A DNA stretch of 64,000 nucleotides from Phycisphaerae bacterium (GTDB taxonomy: Bacteria > Planctomycetota > Phycisphaerae > WQYP01). The position numbers were made by a program, and so were the translations under genes. The DNA lies in contig DATJSN010000092.1 in NCBI GenBank assembly GCA_035504095.1, positions 68,845 to 132,844 of the forward strand. The letters are read 5' to 3'. Positions 59,780 to 64,000 of the stretch are shown piece by piece. How positions within the stretch are numbered: position 1 is the stretch's first letter; the number at the start of each line of letters is the position of its first letter. The notes under the pieces were generated by a model, which had not been told where the DNA came from, searched no databases, and saw only the letters and a list, made by a program, of their open reading frames with translations.

Positions 59780-60310
59780 CTATGAATTAGGCGGAGTTTC
59801 ACACACCACACCACTGTTCTTGATCTGAATGATGATGGGGTTCGTTGAATCCGACCAGCTGGATTTTGGCAATGGGAGTATGAGACGTCGCGGGTCTTGG
59901 GCGCCCGGCAAATCCTGATGGATGCCCGGAAGTTGCACCATCACAAACAAATATTTATCTCCCTCAGATTGCCACTGTTGCCAGACTGGATCATCCTTGG
60001 CAAAAACGATTGTCGCCGAAGAGCCGGGTATAAAGTCTTCGGTTTTCTTGGTTGCATCGCTGCGTAATGGATCACCTGCTGAAAAATATTGCGTCATCGA
60101 ATAGTTATACCAGCGTTGATAGTCCGATTCGTTGACGCCTACCAGGTCGACCGCGACAGTCCCTACGGATTGATCATCCGCCTGCAGGGTCGGCCCCAGG
60201 TTAATCTGGATGTCCCGATCGACAAGGCCGCTTCCACACCCCGCCAGTCCGGCAAACAGCACCGCCGTAAAAACTGCGTAAACAGCACGATGAATTTTAG
60301 AATGTTTCAT
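59780..60310 (-). CDS. lipoprotein
   Basis: VLFAGLAGCGSG lipobox. Confidence 0.5.
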   Translation of the reverse strand: MKHSKIHRAVYAVFTAVLFAGLAGCGSGLVDRDIQINLGPTLQADDQSVGTVAVDLVGVNESDYQRWYNYSMTQYFSAGDPLRSDATKKTEDFIPGSSATIVFAKDDPVWQQWQSEGDKYLFVMVQLPGIHQDLPGAQDPRRLILPLPKSSWSDSTNPIIIQIKNSGVVCETPPNS

Positions 60311-60549
60311 GGTGCATTCCCTGCTTCTAAATAATCAAGTAACTTGTGAAACCGGAAGCGGCTGCCAACCTGCCTGGAACCGGCGTATCACAGAGCGTAT
60401 CTTACAATTGAACTGCCGATCCATTACAACCAGGCTCCGTGTTTGAATCAATGAGCCGCGGAAGTTTGACCGTCCCTGATTGGAACGTCCTCGCTGGCGG
60501 CCGCATTATACCTTAATGCAAGATGCCGGCACTCGGGTTTCACTTATCA

Positions 60550-63500
60550 TCAATTTTGACTGTCAGATCCCTCGACAAGGTTGACAAACTCCTGTGGCTG
60601 CATCTGATCGGGACATAAATCAGCGAGGATTGTGTTGCGAGAAAGGTTATATTCTGCTTCGCCCAGGCCAAGGTTTTGCGCTTCAATCAGGAGATGACGG
60701 AGGTCCAGAACCGTCAACCAGACCCCTGGTTCACGGTTAATTAGAAAAGCGCGGAATCCCGCGACGGTCGGTTCGTTGTTATTGGTTGTGCCTTTAAGTG
60801 AAACCAGGTAGTCGGCATAAGCTGCCGTAAACATCGCTCCAAGGTCGCTTCTGATAGATTTGTATACATGTCCTCCCTTCTTATTTACCTCCTGTTTTCC
60901 TGTGGTTTTATCGATTACGGGAACAAAAAAGATTTTTAGGTAGTCTGCAATGAAAGCCTCGGTCTGCGAATACGGCAAACGATCGACCGTCACAAAGTAG
61001 TCCTTCAGAGTCGGGTTGAAAATGATAAAGCCGTACTTTTCGGGAATGTCATTGAAAACCGCTCCATGGCTGCTCATGCCGAGCGAGTCTGCGATGTCCG
61101 GGTTGCGGGCGTTGATTCCAGCCTCCAGCAGGGTGGCGACCTGTGCCGCCGATAAAATAACGATAGGGCTGATCTGAGGCGGTGGTGGAATAACGATGTG
61201 TACTGTGACGACTTCGTCATTAGCAATGGGAATACCAAATGGAATATTGAAGCTCAAGAAGTCTGCTACAAGTATAAAACCGGTGCCGTTTTCAAGAAAC
61301 GAAGGATCGCCCAATGCATTTAGTATTGTTCCCGTCATTGTGAGGCTTTTGTCAAGTATGATCGTACCGTAGTAGGTTTGAGGGCCGGTCGTGGTGACGT
61401 TGCCATTAAGTGTTGTGGTCGTTGCTATATTGGGGTCGCCCACGGTCAGCGAAGCCAGAGGAGTAATGCCGCCGACAGTCCCATTGAACATAACGTTTGC
61501 CGGGTTATCCCCCGCGATGGCTGTCAGCGAATACGCGCCATTTACTGTTGTTTTGAAGCTTATCCCTTTGGCGCCCGAATCTGTCAACGTTACATCCTGG
61601 TTCAATGTGACGCTGTTGGCATAAGTCTCACCATTGTTGGTAAATACGTTGATTGCATTAGGCCCGCCAAAAATGGTATTGCCGGTTATGTATAGAGCCC
61701 CTAGTGGTGTTGCTTCGGAACCGAGCGAGCTGTCAAAAGTCACATCGTCTATGATCGTAGACGGTGTACCTATAGTTAGGCTGTCGCCCGGGGTACCTGC
61801 GATTACATTTCCTTGAAGTATGAAATTAGCGCCAGATCCTGTGGAAGTAAGGCTGTTGTTTGCATCTCCTAATGTTATAGCCTGTTGAAAAGTGGTTGTA
61901 TCGTTGGCGCCGATCAGCGTGCCATCCAGCGCGTAGGGTTCTGAGAATATCAGATTGGCAACATCAGAGAAATTGGTTGGATTGATGGTAGTGAAGTCCA
62001 ACTCAAGCGTCTGGCCCGGCCCTATAAATGTTGGGCTGCCGGTGGCACTTAGAGTAGCCCCTGTCATTGTGATGTTGTTGTTAAGTGTTACTGAACCCAC
62101 GTACGTCTGATTGCCGGTGGAAGTAACATTGCCGCCCAGCAAAGTCGTGCCGGTTACATCCAATGTTCCCAGTTGTCCGTTGGCGTCGGTGCCCACGGGA
62201 CCGTCGAAGACGGCGTCGCCGGTGACGGTCAGGTTGTATGCATTGCCTGGATCGCTCTCCACGCTGTCCGCGGCATCTTCAAAACTAATCGTGGTTCCGG
62301 TGAGATTCACCGATGAAGTCAGAGTGACCGTGTCAGTGTAGCTTTGAGTTCCGTTGGTGGTGACATTGCCGCCGAGAGAGGTTGTGCCGTAAACGGTCAG
62401 CGCCGCCAGAGACACATTCGAACCAACATTGGCGCCAAATGAAGCGTCAGTAGCCTGGCTGTTGGAACCAATGGTCAGGGTGTCATCGTCAGCGGTGGCG
62501 CCGTTAACCGTGCCGCCAAATGTCACCAGATTAGCGCCGGCCAGGAGGGTGAAGACCTTGGCTGATCCGGTGTCCAACAGAGTCAGATTGCCGTCATATG
62601 TCTGATTGCCAGTAGAAGTCACGTTGCCGGCTAAGGAGGTTGTACCGGTGACATCCAGCGTGCCTAGTTGTCCATTGACCGCTGAGCCCACCGGACCATC
62701 GAAGACGGCGTCGCCGGTGACGGTCAGGTTGTAGTCCTTGGTGGCCTGGCTATCCACACTGTCGGCGGCATCTTCAAAACTAATCGTGGTTCCGGTGAGA
62801 TTCACGGACGAAGTCAGAGTGACGGTGTCGGTGTAGCTTTGAGTTACGCTGGTAGTGACGTTGCCGCCGAGGGAGGTTGTGCCCCAGACCGTCAGTGCGG
62901 CCAGGGACACGGTGTTGCCGACCGTGGAACCAAATGAAGCATTGGTGGCCTGGCTGTTGGAGCCAATAGTCAGAGTACCGTCGCCGGCGGTGGTGCCGTT
63001 GACCGTGCCGCCAAATGTCACCAGATTAGCGCCGGCCAGGAGGGTGAAGACCTTGGCTGATCCGGTGTCCAGCAGAGTCAGATTGCCGTCATATGTCTGA
63101 TTGCCGGTGGAAGTAACATTGCCGGCTAAGGAGGTTGTGCCGGTGACATCCAGCGTGCCCAGTTGTCCATTGACCGCTGAGCCCACCGGACCATCGAAGA
63201 CGGCGTCGCCGGTGACGGTCAGGTTGTAGTCCTTGGTGGCCTGGCTATCCACACTGTCGGCGGCATCTTCAAAACTAATCGTGGTTCCGGTGAGATTCAC
63301 CGATGAAGTCAGGGTGACGATACCGTAATAGGTCTGCGTCCCACTGGTGGTCACGCTGGCCCCATTGATGTCGATGCTGCTGCCGGAATAGCCCATGCCG
63401 GTATCAACGTCGAGCGCGTCTAACGCTTTGGTGTTGCCGACATCCCCTTCAAAATCCGTCAGGCCGGTGGTATACACCGTCAGGCCATCGGTCCCGGCGG

Positions 63501-64000
63501 CATTGCCGTCGTTGATCGTTGAATCAAACGTGATGTTGCCGGCGTCGGTATCCTTAAGCGTCGTGGTCGTGGTGATGGAAACCGCGCCGCCATATGTCTG
63601 GCCGCCCACATCCGTGGTTACGCCGGCCCCGTTAATGTCGCTGCTGTTGTCCACATCGAGGTATTGGAGCGCCACCGTGTTGCCTACCGAACCTTTAAAG
63701 TCCGTCAGGCCGGTGGTGTCCACCGTCAGGCCGTCCGTCCCCGCGGCGTTGCCGTCATTAATGGTTGAATCAAAGGTGATATTGCTGGCGTCGGTATCCT
63801 TAAGTGTCGTGGTTGTGGTGATTAATACCGCGCCACCATAAATCTGGCCGCCGGCGTCCGTGGTTATGCCGGCGCCATTGATGTCAGTGGTGCCGCCGGA
63901 ATAGCCCATGCCGGTATCAACATCGAGATATTGCAGCGCCGCCGTGTTGCCCACCGAACCTTTAAAGTCGGTCAGACCGGTGGTATCCACCGTCAGGCCA
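60550..64000 (-). CDS. giant beta-strand-repeat surface protein (adhesin/autotransporter-like), 5' end beyond the window
   Basis: More than 1146 aa of Thr/Gly/Asn-rich repeats (VTGDAVFDGPVG..., TDFKGSVGNT...) followed by a non-repetitive ~300-aa C-terminal domain. Confidence 0.65.
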   Translation of the reverse strand, partial: GLTVDTTGLTDFKGSVGNTAALQYLDVDTGMGYSGGTTDINGAGITTDAGGQIYGGAVLITTTTTLKDTDASNITFDSTINDGNAAGTDGLTVDTTGLTDFKGSVGNTVALQYLDVDNSSDINGAGVTTDVGGQTYGGAVSITTTTTLKDTDAGNITFDSTINDGNAAGTDGLTVYTTGLTDFEGDVGNTKALDALDVDTGMGYSGSSIDINGASVTTSGTQTYYGIVTLTSSVNLTGTTISFEDAADSVDSQATKDYNLTVTGDAVFDGPVGSAVNGQLGTLDVTGTTSLAGNVTSTGNQTYDGNLTLLDTGSAKVFTLLAGANLVTFGGTVNGTTAGDGTLTIGSNSQATNASFGSTVGNTVSLAALTVWGTTSLGGNVTTSVTQSYTDTVTLTSSVNLTGTTISFEDAADSVDSQATKDYNLTVTGDAVFDGPVGSAVNGQLGTLDVTGTTSLAGNVTSTGNQTYDGNLTLLDTGSAKVFTLLAGANLVTFGGTVNGATADDDTLTIGSNSQATDASFGANVGSNVSLAALTVYGTTSLGGNVTTNGTQSYTDTVTLTSSVNLTGTTISFEDAADSVESDPGNAYNLTVTGDAVFDGPVGTDANGQLGTLDVTGTTLLGGNVTSTGNQTYVGSVTLNNNITMTGATLSATGSPTFIGPGQTLELDFTTINPTNFSDVANLIFSEPYALDGTLIGANDTTTFQQAITLGDANNSLTSTGSGANFILQGNVIAGTPGDSLTIGTPSTIIDDVTFDSSLGSEATPLGALYITGNTIFGGPNAINVFTNNGETYANSVTLNQDVTLTDSGAKGISFKTTVNGAYSLTAIAGDNPANVMFNGTVGGITPLASLTVGDPNIATTTTLNGNVTTTGPQTYYGTIILDKSLTMTGTILNALGDPSFLENGTGFILVADFLSFNIPFGIPIANDEVVTVHIVIPPPPQISPIVILSAAQVATLLEAGINARNPDIADSLGMSSHGAVFNDIPEKYGFIIFNPTLKDYFVTVDRLPYSQTEAFIADYLKIFFVPVIDKTTGKQEVNKKGGHVYKSIRSDLGAMFTAAYADYLVSLKGTTNNNEPTVAGFRAFLINREPGVWLTVLDLRHLLIEAQNLGLGEAEYNLSRNTILADLCPDQMQPQEFVNLVEGSDSQN
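61770..63300. repeat. three near-identical tandem copies of a ~510-bp unit inside the giant-protein gene
   Basis: 62593-62810 is nearly identical to 63103-63320; the protein repeat of ~170 aa occurs 3 times. Confidence 0.7.
63300..63990. repeat. tandem ~220-bp coding repeats (74-aa units) in the giant-protein gene
   Basis: Protein repeat TDFKGSVGNT(A/V)ALQYLDVD... occurs 3 times at the N-terminal end of the visible ORF. Confidence 0.6.

Noticed and set aside
61770-63990. Regular tandem repeats that could be mistaken for a CRISPR array
   Set aside because: The repeat units are 220-510 bp, lie inside one long ORF and encode protein repeats. There is no short repeat/unique-spacer structure and no cas genes.

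Overview
This is a 64-kb bacterial chromosomal window, possibly from the PVC superphylum (a low-confidence guess, based on prepilin-like proteins, a Ser/Thr kinase fused to an FGE domain, and a leaderless-looking lutA start). The window contains a ~34-kb integrated element full of phage-defence genes, flanked by ordinary core genes.

**Left core region (1-20.4 kb).** It contains a lutABC lactate-utilisation operon, a T2SS/T4P-like operon (GspE-type ATPase, two GspF paralogs, three pseudopilins), tRNA-Arg, an LpxL-family acyltransferase and a sodium:solute symporter. It also holds a pirin locus with a duplicated pirin fragment, an HxlR regulator with a palindromic operator, and folP.

**Integrated element (20470-54642).** It sits in tRNA-Leu(TAA): the 5' 42 nt of the tRNA region are duplicated as direct repeats at 20470-20511 and 54554-54595. 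The element encodes a tyrosine integrase adjacent to the intact tRNA, a Prim-Pol/AAA_25 primase-helicase, AlpA/XRE regulators and ArdC. Its cargo is a defence island:
- an AbiEi/AbiEii pair flanked by 36-bp direct repeats;
- a standalone TIR protein with a C-terminal transmembrane helix;
- an AT-rich segment with two large orphan proteins, one of which has a C-terminal permuted-papain-like region;
- a three-gene plus-strand block: a HEPN-like protein, an ADP-ribosyltransferase-like protein, and an Avs-like STAND NTPase with an Mrr-like N-terminus;
- a MutL/MORC-like GHKL ATPase overlapping a 315-aa unknown partner, with a 450-aa protein just downstream;
- a DNA phosphorothioation (dnd) cluster (dndA, DGQHR/DndB-like, dndD, dndC plus an associated methyltransferase). 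It lacks a recognisable dndE and carries an extra HerA-like ATPase and a GIY-YIG-like protein.

The GHKL operon and the unusual multi-gene arrangements around the STAND and dnd genes are the best candidates for undescribed defence systems.

**Right core region (54.6-64 kb).** It holds a 1449-aa Ser/Thr kinase with an FGE-like C-terminus, a lipoprotein, and a giant beta-repeat surface protein with near-identical tandem DNA repeats, truncated by the window edge.

All calls come from reading the sequence and the ORF translations. No database searches were run.
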